From Candidatus Saccharimonadota bacterium (GTDB lineage Bacteria; Bacteroidota; Bacteroidia; Cytophagales; Amoebophilaceae), in NCBI RefSeq assembly GCF_003351905.1, contig NZ_CP022339.1, positions 900,001 through 932,000 on the forward strand: 32,000 nt of DNA, written 5' to 3'. Both the position numbers and the translations under genes were made by a program. Under the pieces are notes generated by a model, which saw only the letters and a program-made list of their open reading frames with translations, searched no databases and had not been told where the DNA came from. Shown here piece by piece: positions 8,105 to 16,871 of this stretch; the stretch's first letter is position 1; each line of letters begins with the position of its first letter.

Positions 8105-8563
8105 ATGTCAGGTAAGACCCCCCCATTGCAGGTTTGCATTAAGAATAGGCAAGCCCATTTTGCCTATAGCTTTTTAGATAGGTATACCGCTGGCCTGATT
8201 TTGCAAGGCACAGAAATAAAGTCTATTCGAATGGGTAAAGCATCGCTGCAGGAGGCCTATTGTTATTTTAACCAAGGCGCCCTTTGGATCAAAGGTATGC
8301 ATATTGCTGCCTATAGCCATGGCAACATCTATAACCATGAAGAGAAACGGGATCGTCAGTTGTTATTGCAAAAAAAAGAATTGCAAAAATTGCTGAAAAC
8401 CCATTCAAAAGGGTTGACTATTATTCCTGTAGAATTATTTATCAGTCAGCGTGGGTTTGCCAAGTTAGCCATTGCTTTGGCCCGTGGTAAAAAACTATAC
8501 GATAAGCGTCAGGCTATTAAAGCGCGTGATTTGGAACGCTCTGGACAGAAGGATCTGATCTGA
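8105..8563 (+). CDS. smpB: SsrA-binding protein
   Basis: MSGKTPPLQVCIKNRQAHFAYSFLDRYTAGLILQGTEIKSIR...GKKLYDKR, SmpB family. The track ORF starts at TTG 8024, but the 27 extra residues are non-SmpB-like. Confidence 0.92.
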   Translation: MSGKTPPLQVCIKNRQAHFAYSFLDRYTAGLILQGTEIKSIRMGKASLQEAYCYFNQGALWIKGMHIAAYSHGNIYNHEEKRDRQLLLQKKELQKLLKTHSKGLTIIPVELFISQRGFAKLAIALARGKKLYDKRQAIKARDLERSGQKDLI

Positions 8564-8707
8564 TCCTTTTTATAAGGGGTATGCTTTTTGTATGGGTGTT
8601 GTAGTAGCGTTTCGAAAGAAGTCTAATGGACCTTTGGTTGGGCTAATAAAAAGTATTACATTTAAGTGTCTATAGATAGGTTGTATCAATAGGCGTATAA
8701 ACAGATT

Positions 8708-9136
8708 GGGGTTGACTGGAATTGACGGGAAGGTTAAATCCAATGTAAGCATGCGAGGTGTTGTAAGTATTACCTCTAATATAAAACTTGCATAATATAT
8801 AAATGGCAACTTAGCTGTTATCACTCCTCGCCGTTGTAGGTTTGTTGCGCTTCGAAGAAAAGAAGAAGACGACGACGAACTCCGCATGGCTGCTTAATCG
8901 ATAGATTAAGGGGGATTTGTCCCGCTGGTTTTTGTTCTATGGGATCAGCATAGGGGCATCGGTGCATGGAACTAGTGCCGCCAGGTGCGTGATGGAGGCA
9001 TAAACCATAACTGCGCATAAGTGCAACATCAGGTGTGTTACTGACCTTGGTTGCGCCGACAATAAACAGGGACTAAGCATGTAGAAAGCGTTGCGGTTTT
9101 CTTGTTCGGACGAGGGTTCGATTCCCTCCAGCTCCA
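8708..9136 (+). ncRNA. ssrA: tmRNA (transfer-messenger RNA)
   Basis: 5' GGGGTTGACTGGAATTGACGGG pairs with 3' ..GGACGAGGGTTCGATTCCCTCCAGCTCC-A, giving a 7-bp acceptor stem with G3.U and a T-arm. Internal tag ORF ends ..GCTGCTTAATCGA. Lies next to smpB. CCA is not encoded contiguously (acacca). Confidence 0.9.
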
Positions 9137-9149
9137 CACCATGTAAAAA

Positions 9150-9403
9150 GGTATGTGTTCAGCACGATGGTTTTTTGCGTTAAAAGAATAACGCCCCTGT
9201 AAAAAGTCGCGGTATAGAAAGTGGCATTTTACAGATGATTAGGAAAAACAGTTTCCTTTAAAGCCCGCGCAGTGGGCGCTTTCTGTTTTTCCATCTCTAA
9301 GATGGAACTTTCAGCGGCTTTTTACCGAGGGCTTGATTTTTTGCCCACGTTTTTATCAAAAAAAAGTGGGATAAAATTCATTATTAACCAGTAACGTAAA
9401 TAG
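9150..9403 (+). mobile_element. family-1 MITE, copy A (begins ~14 nt after the tmRNA 3' end)
   Basis: Aligns over its whole length with 30491-30747 and with the reverse complement of 27746-28003. Ends ggtatgtgttcagc.. / ..aaccagtaacgtaaatagata. Long internal imperfect hairpin. Confidence 0.8.
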
Positions 9404-9469
9404 ATAATAACATTTTATTTGATAGTCAATAATATATATTCTCCAAGCTCCTGCTATTGCTCTGAATAG

Positions 9470-10573
9470 CTACAGATCAAATTTTAATGGCTCTGTTTCT
9501 TCTGGTTCGAGTAGTGTGATGGCGCAGTGCGTAGTAAGCTGCTTAATCTTCTTATTGATTTGATCAAAGTTAGTAAGATTACCTGCAATAAAATCAGCAA
9601 GAGATAGCTTGATGTCCAGTATTTCAATATCTTTTGCTCCTAAGATAGCGATTAGATCAGTGATGCCAAAACCATAGGCAATATGATAGAACGTAGTCAG
9701 ACTGCCAATGACTTGCGCTCTAAGGGTATCGCTATTATATGTAATCTTACGCATCAATATGCTTAGCTTGGCATACATTTTTTTAATAGGTTTTAACTTA
9801 TATATTTCTATTTTTTTTATGAGTTCTAAAGGGCTATATTGCCTATTCTGTTCCATTTCAGTATCAGAAAAGCTTATATCATCCTTCATGTTTTCTGGAC
9901 TGTACACATCCTGAAGCGCTTCATAAGCGTTTTGATAGGTTCTATTCGCTTCTTGCAGTCCCATGGTGCCTTGTGTCACACTAGTCTGAAGTGCATGGCA
10001 TAGGAACCCTTCCACTAATTTACCCCAGCAAGGTATAAATTTATTTGTTAAATAAGTTGAAGATTTAGATGAAAACCGCTGAATGAAGTACTTATGTGGA
10101 CGCATTGTTTCTGATTGAATCGATTGATTATAACACAACAGCCTGCTTAAGTCTTTAACTTGCTTTTTTTGGGAGGCTATGATTGTATCTAGAGCAATGC
10201 TAGGGTCATGTATACACCTTTCTGGATTACATACCATCAAGTCATGTTGCGGTTGATCGCCTCTATGCTGACGCAATGCGTTATCCATTTTAGTGATGTT
10301 ATCAACCGTATAGTTTGATTGATATGCATCAATCTTCCGGCAACATTCCTTCAGCGTGTCCAAAAGGCTATATACCCCTTCTAGGAAGGTATCAAATTCC
10401 CGGGCATCATTAAATTTACATAAATGTGGATTCGAGGAGCATGCCAATCGTTCTTCTTGCGTTGAACATGGACTGCTTATGGTATGGTTTTTTGAATGAT
10501 AGCTGCATCCAGCTAATGTGGCCATTATATAGGCCCACATAATAGGAAGATGATAGATAGTTGTTTTTTTCAT
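9470..10573 (-). CDS. hypothetical lipoprotein (orphan, Cys-rich)
   Basis: 367-aa ORF. Signal peptide with canonical lipobox ..IMATLAGC. I recognise no domain. Confidence 0.7.
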   Translation of the reverse strand: MKKTTIYHLPIMWAYIMATLAGCSYHSKNHTISSPCSTQEERLACSSNPHLCKFNDAREFDTFLEGVYSLLDTLKECCRKIDAYQSNYTVDNITKMDNALRQHRGDQPQHDLMVCNPERCIHDPSIALDTIIASQKKQVKDLSRLLCYNQSIQSETMRPHKYFIQRFSSKSSTYLTNKFIPCWGKLVEGFLCHALQTSVTQGTMGLQEANRTYQNAYEALQDVYSPENMKDDISFSDTEMEQNRQYSPLELIKKIEIYKLKPIKKMYAKLSILMRKITYNSDTLRAQVIGSLTTFYHIAYGFGITDLIAILGAKDIEILDIKLSLADFIAGNLTNFDQINKKIKQLTTHCAITLLEPEETEPLKFDL

Positions 10574-10961
10574 GTTACTAAAACAGAAATGACTTCGTCA
10601 TAAATTTACTTGCTAAATTGAAATTAATTTTTAATATAAAAATTTTTATTATAAATCAAATATTGAAACAATATAGATGGGCAAGCGTGGCAAGGTTATC
10701 GGGCGTTATATTTTTACAGTTGGTGCATGGTTACAACATTATGGTCATCGCATCTTCATACTGTACCCACAAAAGTTGTTAAAGCGCGAATAATTGGCTA
10801 GGTTTAGCCATTGTATAGCGATAATCTCCTTTTAGACGCAAAATGCTTCAGGGTGGATCTCTCTTTTGATCTGTAGGCATATGCTTCTTTTTTGCCCAAG
10901 GGTTGATGGTTTTATTTGCTTTTTAAGCAAGCAAAAAATGTGGTGGAAATTACTTGTAGTT

Positions 10962-11519
10962 ATGTCTTTATATCCCATAGAACTTTTTTACGCATCCATT
11001 CAAGATGAACAATATTTCCAGATTGGTTCGTTTAAAAAGCCCATTGGAATCGATGGTGGCCTAATTGCTTCATTTTTATATCCGTTGTCCCATGCCGAAC
11101 TGGTCAGACTCCCGGCGCTTTTTGTAGAGATAGACCATGTAAAAGTACCTTATTGCATTAAATATATTACTGTTACAGGGGCTAAAACAATTATACAATT
11201 GGATCTTATTCAATCCAAAACAGAAGCTTATGCCCTCCGCAATCTACCCCTATTTTTGCCTATAGTTCTTAAGCCTAAATGGATAAAAGCTACGCTCCCT
11301 TATAGCTTGGTAGATGGTCTAGTGGAGGAGGTGGTATTGGGCCAGCTTGGCACTATACAAGCGGTATACTGCCTCCGAGACCAATATATGATGGCGGTTA
11401 ACCATCATGAAAAGGAATTATTGATTCCTTATTGCAAACCATTCCTGGTCGACGTGAATGCAGTACAAAAAAAGGTTATCGTACAGCTTCCAGAAGGTTA
11501 TTTAGAGGCTATGCTATAG
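10962..11519 (+). CDS. rimM: 16S rRNA processing protein RimM
   Basis: ..YFQIGSFKKPIGIDGGL.. and C-terminal ..KELLIPYCKPFLVDVNAVQKKVIVQLPEGYLE (PRC-barrel end typical of RimM). ATG 10962 chosen; the track ORF starts at TTG 10866. Confidence 0.82.
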   Translation: MSLYPIELFYASIQDEQYFQIGSFKKPIGIDGGLIASFLYPLSHAELVRLPALFVEIDHVKVPYCIKYITVTGAKTIIQLDLIQSKTEAYALRNLPLFLPIVLKPKWIKATLPYSLVDGLVEEVVLGQLGTIQAVYCLRDQYMMAVNHHEKELLIPYCKPFLVDVNAVQKKVIVQLPEGYLEAML

Positions 11520-11571
11520 GCAGTCCAAGCTAATGTTTAACAGAATGTTCAAATTTGCAATACCGATTAGT

Positions 11572-11615
11572 AAGTCTGCCCTGCAGGCTGAAAAATCAGC
11601 TTGTAGGGTAGGCTT
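11572..11615 (+). terminator. 20-bp stem / AAAA loop RNA hairpin after rimM
   Basis: aagtctgccctgcaggctga-aaaa-tcagcttgtagggtaggctt gives 16 Watson-Crick plus 4 G.U pairs on the + strand RNA. The same four positions would be A.C mismatches on the - strand. Confidence 0.4.
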
Positions 11616-11778
11616 ATATCAACTTTTTGCATCAGAGGTTGCTGTTTTTCCTACAGCTTGCTTCATTAAAAAGTGAAATGGGTATCCTTAATGGAGTGGG
11701 TATTTTTCTTTATCCGTTAATTTTCATATCTTTGGATCACGCGCATCCTAGATGTAGTGGGGTTTTAAGGCGGGTCAC

Positions 11779-11809
11779 TTGATCCGACTTAGATTTTTAT
11801 TTAAATTTG
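11779..11809 (+). promoter_or_regulatory. candidate Bacteroidota-type promoter for the ribosomal-protein operon
   Basis: TTG (11779-11781), a 20-nt spacer, then TAAATTTG (11802-11809). The latter matches the Bacteroidota -7 consensus TAnnTTTG. It lies ~80 nt upstream of rplC. Confidence 0.25.
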
Positions 11810-11886
11810 CCCTCTCGCTGTATAATCCTTCCTGGTTGTTTTGGCTAGTTTTGGAGCGATGGAATGGGTATGGTTAATGATAAGTC

Positions 11887-12519
11887 ATGATTGGAATCAT
11901 AGGAAAAAAGATTGGGATGACCAGTCTTTATGATAGTAAAGGTCAAAAGAAGGCATGCACTGTTATTCAAGGCGGTCCTTGTGTGGTGACGCAGATTAGG
12001 ACAAGGTCTATAGATGGCTATCAGGCTATTCAGTTGTCCTATGGCGATAAAAAAGAAAAAAATACCATCAAACCCCTTATGGGTCACTTTGCTAAGGCTT
12101 CTACTACGCCCAAGCATAAACTGGTTGAATTTAGGTGTGAGGATGAGGAGCGTTTGAAGCAGGTTGCATTGGGCCAGGTGATTCGTATAGAAGATATGTT
12201 TGTCGAGGGTGAATTTATAGATGTGGTGGGTAAGTCCAAAGGAAAGGGTTTCCAAGGTGTGGTCAAGCGGCATGGTTTTAGTGGCGTTGGTGGTCGTTCC
12301 CATGGTCAACACAATAGAGAAAGAGCGCCTGGTTCTGTTGGTGCAGCTTCTTTTCCATCCCGTGTATTCAAGGGAATGCGTATGGCTGGAAGAACAGGTG
12401 GCAATAGGGTTAAGGTGGCAAACCTCCAGGTGGTCAAGGTGTTGCCAGAGAAAGATCTGATCGTGCTCCATGGGGCAGTCCCTGGTGCCAATAATGGTTA
12501 TGTAATTTTGGAGAAATAA
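11887..12519 (+). CDS. rplC: 50S ribosomal protein L3
   Basis: [20 protein letters not shown]...; operon position. Confidence 0.96.
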   Translation: MIGIIGKKIGMTSLYDSKGQKKACTVIQGGPCVVTQIRTRSIDGYQAIQLSYGDKKEKNTIKPLMGHFAKASTTPKHKLVEFRCEDEERLKQVALGQVIRIEDMFVEGEFIDVVGKSKGKGFQGVVKRHGFSGVGGRSHGQHNRERAPGSVGAASFPSRVFKGMRMAGRTGGNRVKVANLQVVKVLPEKDLIVLHGAVPGANNGYVILEK

Positions 12520-12520
12520 A

Positions 12521-13150
12521 ATGAACCTATCAGTATTAAAATATACAGGGGAGGAAGCAGGCCGTTCTGTTGTATTGCCAGAGGAGGTTTTTGGTATTGA
12601 GCCGAACGATCATGCCATTTATTTAGATGTCAAATCCATCTTAGCAGGTGGGCGTCAGGGGACGCATCAGTCAAAAGAACGGGGTGCAGTAAATGGCTCT
12701 AGAAGAAAAATTAAAAGACAAAAAGGTACGGGTACCGCTAGAGCTGGTGACGTTAAGTCGCCTTTATTCAGAGGAGGCGGGCGTGTTTTTGGTCCAAAAC
12801 CAAGGGATTATAGCTTTAAATTAAATCGTAAAGTAAAAAGGCTGGCTAGAAAGTCTGCATTTACCTATAAAGCTCAGGGGAGTCGTATTGCCGTTTTAGA
12901 GTCCTTTTCTTTTGATACGCCAAAAACAAAAAACTATTTAGGTATGTTACAAAACCTGTCTGTTTGTGATAAAAAGACCTTATTGATCTTGCCTAACGTA
13001 GACAAAAATATTGTACTATCTAGTAGGAATATCAAACAAGCAAAAGTGCTTTGTGTGGATCACGTTAATACCTATGACCTGATGCAGGCAAAACAATTGT
13101 TGATTATGGAGAGTGCTATAGTGCCTATAGTAGAAAAATTGAGACCATAA
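12521..13150 (+). CDS. rplD: 50S ribosomal protein L4
   Basis: ..RQGTHQSKERGAVNGSRRKIKRQKGTGTARAGD..PLFRGGGRVFGPKPRDY.. Confidence 0.96.
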   Translation: MNLSVLKYTGEEAGRSVVLPEEVFGIEPNDHAIYLDVKSILAGGRQGTHQSKERGAVNGSRRKIKRQKGTGTARAGDVKSPLFRGGGRVFGPKPRDYSFKLNRKVKRLARKSAFTYKAQGSRIAVLESFSFDTPKTKNYLGMLQNLSVCDKKTLLILPNVDKNIVLSSRNIKQAKVLCVDHVNTYDLMQAKQLLIMESAIVPIVEKLRP

Positions 13151-13153
13151 CAG

Positions 13154-13441
13154 ATGAATATCCTAAAGAAACCTTTGGTAACCGAAAAAGTATCCGCGCT
13201 TAATAAGCATGGTGTATATGGTCTAATCGTAGATGACCGTGCGAATAAGCACCAGATACGAAAAGAAATTGAGCGTTTTTATGGCGTTACAGTGGACAAA
13301 ATTAATACCATGCGTTATGCTGGTAAATCCATCACACGGCATACCAAATCCTTTGTAATGAAAGGAAAAAAGCCTTCCTATAAGAAAGTACTTGTAACGC
13401 TTAAGGCAGGAGATGTTATAGATTTTTATAGTAATTTCTAG
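13154..13441 (+). CDS. rplW: 50S ribosomal protein L23
   Basis: MNILKKPLVTEKVSAL...; 95 aa; operon position. Confidence 0.95.
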   Translation: MNILKKPLVTEKVSALNKHGVYGLIVDDRANKHQIRKEIERFYGVTVDKINTMRYAGKSITRHTKSFVMKGKKPSYKKVLVTLKAGDVIDFYSNF

Positions 13442-13481
13442 CCTTTTGTATTGAATTTTATAGCTGTTAGTTGATCTAGTT

Positions 13482-14309
13482 ATGCCATTAAAGAAACTTA
13501 ATCCAACCACGCCCGGTCAGCGTTTTAGAATAGCGCCAGATTTCTCTACCGTTATTACTACACGTAAACCGGAAAAGTCACTCTTAGTGAAAACCAAGCG
13601 CACGGGTGGTCGGAATAACCGCGGTAGAATTACCGTTCCACATAGGGGAGGTGGACATAAGCGGCGTGCGCGCCTTATTGATTTTAAAAGAAGGAAGCTA
13701 GAAATCCCTGCCTTTGTACATTCCATTGAGTATGATCCCATGCGTACTGCATACATTGCCCTATTGCATTATGTAGATGGTGAAAAAAGTTATATTATAG
13801 CCCCGGAAGGACTTAAAGTGGGGGCTAAGGTTGTAGCGGGTTCAAATGCCTCAATAGAGGCAGGCCATGCTATGGAAATGAAGGATATCCCACTGGGAAC
13901 AATTATTCATAATATTGAACTAGCACCTGGACGGGGGGCGGCATTAGCTAGAAGTGCGGGGTCTTATGCACAGCTACTTTCTAAAAGTGGTAAATATGTA
14001 ACCATTAAGTTGCCTTCTGGTGAAAGGCGTTTGGTATTGGCAAATTGTATGGCTACGATTGGATCCGTTTCCAATAGCGACCATGGTAATGTGACCATTG
14101 CGAAAGCAGGTAGAAGTCGTTGGTTGGGTAAAAGGCCACGTGTCCGGGCTGTTGTAATGAACCCTGTTGATCATCCAATGGGTGGTGGAGAAGGCAAGGC
14201 CTCTGGAGGGCATCCTAGGTCTGCTAAAGGGTTGTATACAAAGGGTAAAAAGACCCGCAATCGCAATAAATATTCTACTAGACTGATCATTAGTAAAAAG
14301 AAAAAATAA
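13482..14309 (+). CDS. rplB: 50S ribosomal protein L2
   Basis: [15 protein letters not shown]...GGGHKRR...[13 protein letters not shown].. Confidence 0.97.
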   Translation: MPLKKLNPTTPGQRFRIAPDFSTVITTRKPEKSLLVKTKRTGGRNNRGRITVPHRGGGHKRRARLIDFKRRKLEIPAFVHSIEYDPMRTAYIALLHYVDGEKSYIIAPEGLKVGAKVVAGSNASIEAGHAMEMKDIPLGTIIHNIELAPGRGAALARSAGSYAQLLSKSGKYVTIKLPSGERRLVLANCMATIGSVSNSDHGNVTIAKAGRSRWLGKRPRVRAVVMNPVDHPMGGGEGKASGGHPRSAKGLYTKGKKTRNRNKYSTRLIISKKKK

Positions 14310-14575
14310 TGGGTAGATCTATAAAAAAGGGACCCTATGTGGCGTATCATCTACAACGTAAGATAGATATGCTCAATGAATCCGGTAAGAAAACGGTAGT
14401 AAAAACCTGGTCTAGGCGGTCCACTATTACGCCAGATTTTGTGGGCCATACCCTTGCGGTCCACAATGGACATAAGTTTATTCCCGTTTTTATTACAGAG
14501 TCAATGGTAAGCCATAAGGTCGGTGAGTTTGCCTTATCAAAAAATTTTAAAGGCCATACGTCTAAAAAGAGATAA
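14309..14575 (+). CDS. rpsS: 30S ribosomal protein S19
   Basis: [11 protein letters not shown]...[15 protein letters not shown]..; 1-nt overlap with the rplB stop. Confidence 0.96.
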   Translation: MGRSIKKGPYVAYHLQRKIDMLNESGKKTVVKTWSRRSTITPDFVGHTLAVHNGHKFIPVFITESMVSHKVGEFALSKNFKGHTSKKR

Positions 14576-14583
14576 TTTGAACC

Positions 14584-14970
14584 ATGGAGGCAACCGCAAA
14601 GTTAAAAAAACTACCTATATCTGCGCGTAAGATTGGACTTTTAGCAGCGCTTATTAGAGGTAAAAGCGTAGCTACGTCATTGGCTATTTTACAGAATAAG
14701 CCACAGCAGGCTGCTGTGCAGCTTAGAAAACTTTTGCTTTCTGCTATTTCAAATTGGCAAAATAGCCATACCACCTCTTTAGAAGAGGAGCCACTTTTTG
14801 TAAAGCGAATAACGGTTGATCGGGCAGGTATGCTCAAAAGAATTATGCCTGCACCAAGGGGTGTAGCGCATAGGATTAGAAAAAGATCTAGTCATGTTGT
14901 TATTGTGGTAGATAGCGCAGCAAGTGTTGCTGATCTGCCGCATGAGGTGGCGTCCAATACAACAACGTAA
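14584..14970 (+). CDS. rplV: 50S ribosomal protein L22
   Basis: MEATAKLKKLPISARKIGLLAALIRGKSV..; operon position. Confidence 0.95.
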   Translation: MEATAKLKKLPISARKIGLLAALIRGKSVATSLAILQNKPQQAAVQLRKLLLSAISNWQNSHTTSLEEEPLFVKRITVDRAGMLKRIMPAPRGVAHRIRKRSSHVVIVVDSAASVADLPHEVASNTTT

Positions 14971-14997
14971 CCATACTATAGACGAAATAATACTACA

Positions 14998-15702
14998 ATG
15001 GGTCAAAAAGTTAATCCCGTGGGCTTTAGAGTTGGGTTCATTCGAAAACCAGATTCTAGTTGGTTTGCATCAAAAACCTCTTATGCAGAAAAGTTAATGG
15101 AGGATGAAAAGATTCGCACTTATCTAGATGTTCGAATGGCCAAAGCAAGTGTCGCTAGAATCCTTATAGAGCGTGCGGGTAAAAAAATTACCGTTACCAT
15201 TCGAACGGCTCGCCCAGGCATTGTGATTGGCAAGTCGGGTACAGAAGTCGATAAGGTAAAAGAGGAGTTGAAGAAGCTCACTAAAAAAGAAGTTGAGTTG
15301 AATATTGTTGAGGTAAAAAAACCAGATTTAGAGGCTAAGTTGGTCGCCTTGCAAATTGCACAACAGATTAGAGGCCGTATGCCTTATAAGCGTGTGGTCA
15401 AGCAAGCCATCGCTGCGGTGGTCCGTGCAGGTGCGCAAGGCGTTAAGATTAAGGTTTCTGGTAGGCTAGATGGTGCTGAAATGGCTAGGTCAGATGAATT
15501 TAAGGAAGGCTCTGTGCCACTCCATACGCTTCGCAATGACATAGATTATGCTGCGCTCGAAGCCCATACCATTTATGGTAGAATAGGTATTAAAGTTTGG
15601 ATTTCTAGGGGTGATGTTGCGGTGCATCATCCACAGCGTTCAGCAGGCAAAGTAAGTAGGATAGGAGAGAAGGCGATTCCGCCTTCCAGAGAACGGAAAT
15701 AG
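14998..15702 (+). CDS. rpsC: 30S ribosomal protein S3
   Basis: MGQKVNPVGFRVGFIR...RPGIVIGKSG.. Confidence 0.97.
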   Translation: MGQKVNPVGFRVGFIRKPDSSWFASKTSYAEKLMEDEKIRTYLDVRMAKASVARILIERAGKKITVTIRTARPGIVIGKSGTEVDKVKEELKKLTKKEVELNIVEVKKPDLEAKLVALQIAQQIRGRMPYKRVVKQAIAAVVRAGAQGVKIKVSGRLDGAEMARSDEFKEGSVPLHTLRNDIDYAALEAHTIYGRIGIKVWISRGDVAVHHPQRSAGKVSRIGEKAIPPSRERK

Positions 15703-15717
15703 CTAGACTTCATTACG

Positions 15718-15864
15718 TAGCCTTCTTTTGAAACACACTTTGTAGCTGAGGAATTTATAGAAGGCACCGAGTGCAAAGCCACAGCGTGCCAGGCGTACGT
15801 CTAGGTTTGTGAACCCGATCAACGTGCAAATGACCAGCAGCAGTAGCGTTTTGGGAAGAGGCTA
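15718..15864 (-). mobile_element. family-2 palindromic-ended element, copy 1 (rpsC-rplP spacer)
   Basis: Its reverse complement aligns end to end with 25446-25590, and the 28-nt block 15813-15840 vs 25470-25497 is 25/28 identical. Ends are tagccttctttt / gggaagaggcta. Strand is given relative to copy 3. Confidence 0.7.
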
Positions 15865-15895
15865 GTGGTATCAACTTTTGTATTGAACAATTAAA

Positions 15896-16321
15896 ATGTT
15901 ACAACCAAAAAGAGTACGTTATAGAAAAACGCAGAAGGGGCGAATAAAAGGCTTATCCATGAAGGGAAGTTCGTTAGAATTTGGTACCTTTGGGCTGAAG
16001 GCATTAGAGCCTTCTTATATTACAGCTCGGCAGATCGAGGCCATGCGTATTGCCATTACAAGAGAAATGAAGCGGCAAGGGCAGGTTTGGAATAGGATCT
16101 TTCCAGATAAGTCGCTTACCAAAAAGCCGGCTGAAGTAAGAATGGGAAAGGGCAAGGGCGCTCCAGATTGTTTTGTAGCGGTTGTTAAGCCTGGTAGAAT
16201 TCTATTTGAGTTAGATGGTGTCTCTCGGGAAGTAGCTGAGCGTGCCATGCGTCTTGCCATCCATAAGTTACCTATTAAGGCAAATTTCGTAGTTCGAAGA
16301 GACTACCATCCAGCTGCATAG
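15896..16321 (+). CDS. rplP: 50S ribosomal protein L16
   Basis: [16 protein letters not shown]...RMGKGKG.. Confidence 0.97.
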   Translation: MLQPKRVRYRKTQKGRIKGLSMKGSSLEFGTFGLKALEPSYITARQIEAMRIAITREMKRQGQVWNRIFPDKSLTKKPAEVRMGKGKGAPDCFVAVVKPGRILFELDGVSREVAERAMRLAIHKLPIKANFVVRRDYHPAA

Positions 16322-16405
16322 GGATTGGGGGTCGTATGGGATGTTAAGGTTGTAAGGTATTATTATTTTAGTTGAATATTCAAAGAAGTCTAATAAGGTT
16401 TTAAA

Positions 16406-16609
16406 ATGAAGTATAAAGATATTCAGTTACTTTCTTCTGAAGAATGCAACGATAAGCTAAAGGAAGAGTTGGATTATTTAGTAAAGCTAAGATTTGCTCA
16501 TTCGGTTTCCCCTATTGAGAACCCTATGAAAATTAGGCAAACGAGAAAATCTATTGCAAGACTAAAAACAGCTCAGAATAGTTGCCTCGGGCAACCATCA
16601 GAATTGTAA
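16406..16609 (+). CDS. rpmC: 50S ribosomal protein L29
   Basis: 67 aa, [30 protein letters not shown]..; operon position. Confidence 0.92.
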   Translation: MKYKDIQLLSSEECNDKLKEELDYLVKLRFAHSVSPIENPMKIRQTRKSIARLKTAQNSCLGQPSEL

Positions 16610-16614
16610 TCACC

Positions 16615-16869
16615 ATGCTGAGAAATAGAAGAAAAGAAAAGATCGGAAGGGTTACCAGTAATAAGTCCCATAAGACCATAACCGTTGTAATCGATACCAA
16701 ATCCATACACCCTGTATATGGTAAGTTTGTCAAAACAGCCACTAAGTTTATGGCCCATGACGAGGAAAATAGTTGTAGTATTGGTGATCTGGTAAAGATT
16801 ATGGAAACCCGTCCTTTAAGTAAAAAGAAGCGATGGAGGTTGGTTGAAATCATAGAAAGAGCTAAATAA
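16615..16869 (+). CDS. rpsQ: 30S ribosomal protein S17
   Basis: [25 protein letters not shown].. from ATG 16615. The track ORF start at 16582 would overlap rpmC. Confidence 0.93.
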   Translation: MLRNRRKEKIGRVTSNKSHKTITVVIDTKSIHPVYGKFVKTATKFMAHDEENSCSIGDLVKIMETRPLSKKKRWRLVEIIERAK

Positions 16870-16871
16870 AG

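Noticed and set aside
8570-9137. Three minus-strand ORFs (8570-8887, 8821-9018, 8937-9137).
   Set aside because: They overlap the tmRNA gene on the opposite strand, and the region is fully explained by ssrA.
9137-10865. Possibility that the MITE plus orphan lipoprotein gene form a genomic island integrated at tmRNA.
   Set aside because: There is no integrase gene and no direct repeat of the tmRNA 3' end (ggttcgattccctccagctcc) anywhere downstream in the window.
11845-12471. 208-aa ORF antisense to rplC. Similar antisense or out-of-frame ORFs occur inside other conserved genes (e.g. 12084-12266, 12221-12460, 13223-13510, 13517-13756, 14562-14837, 16551-16880, 17096-17479, 18722-19081, 19592-19879, 20715-20984, 3367-3561, 4337-4906).
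   Set aside because: Each lies wholly within a strongly supported conserved gene in another frame or on the other strand. Their compositions look like shadow-frame translation, with no recognisable motifs.
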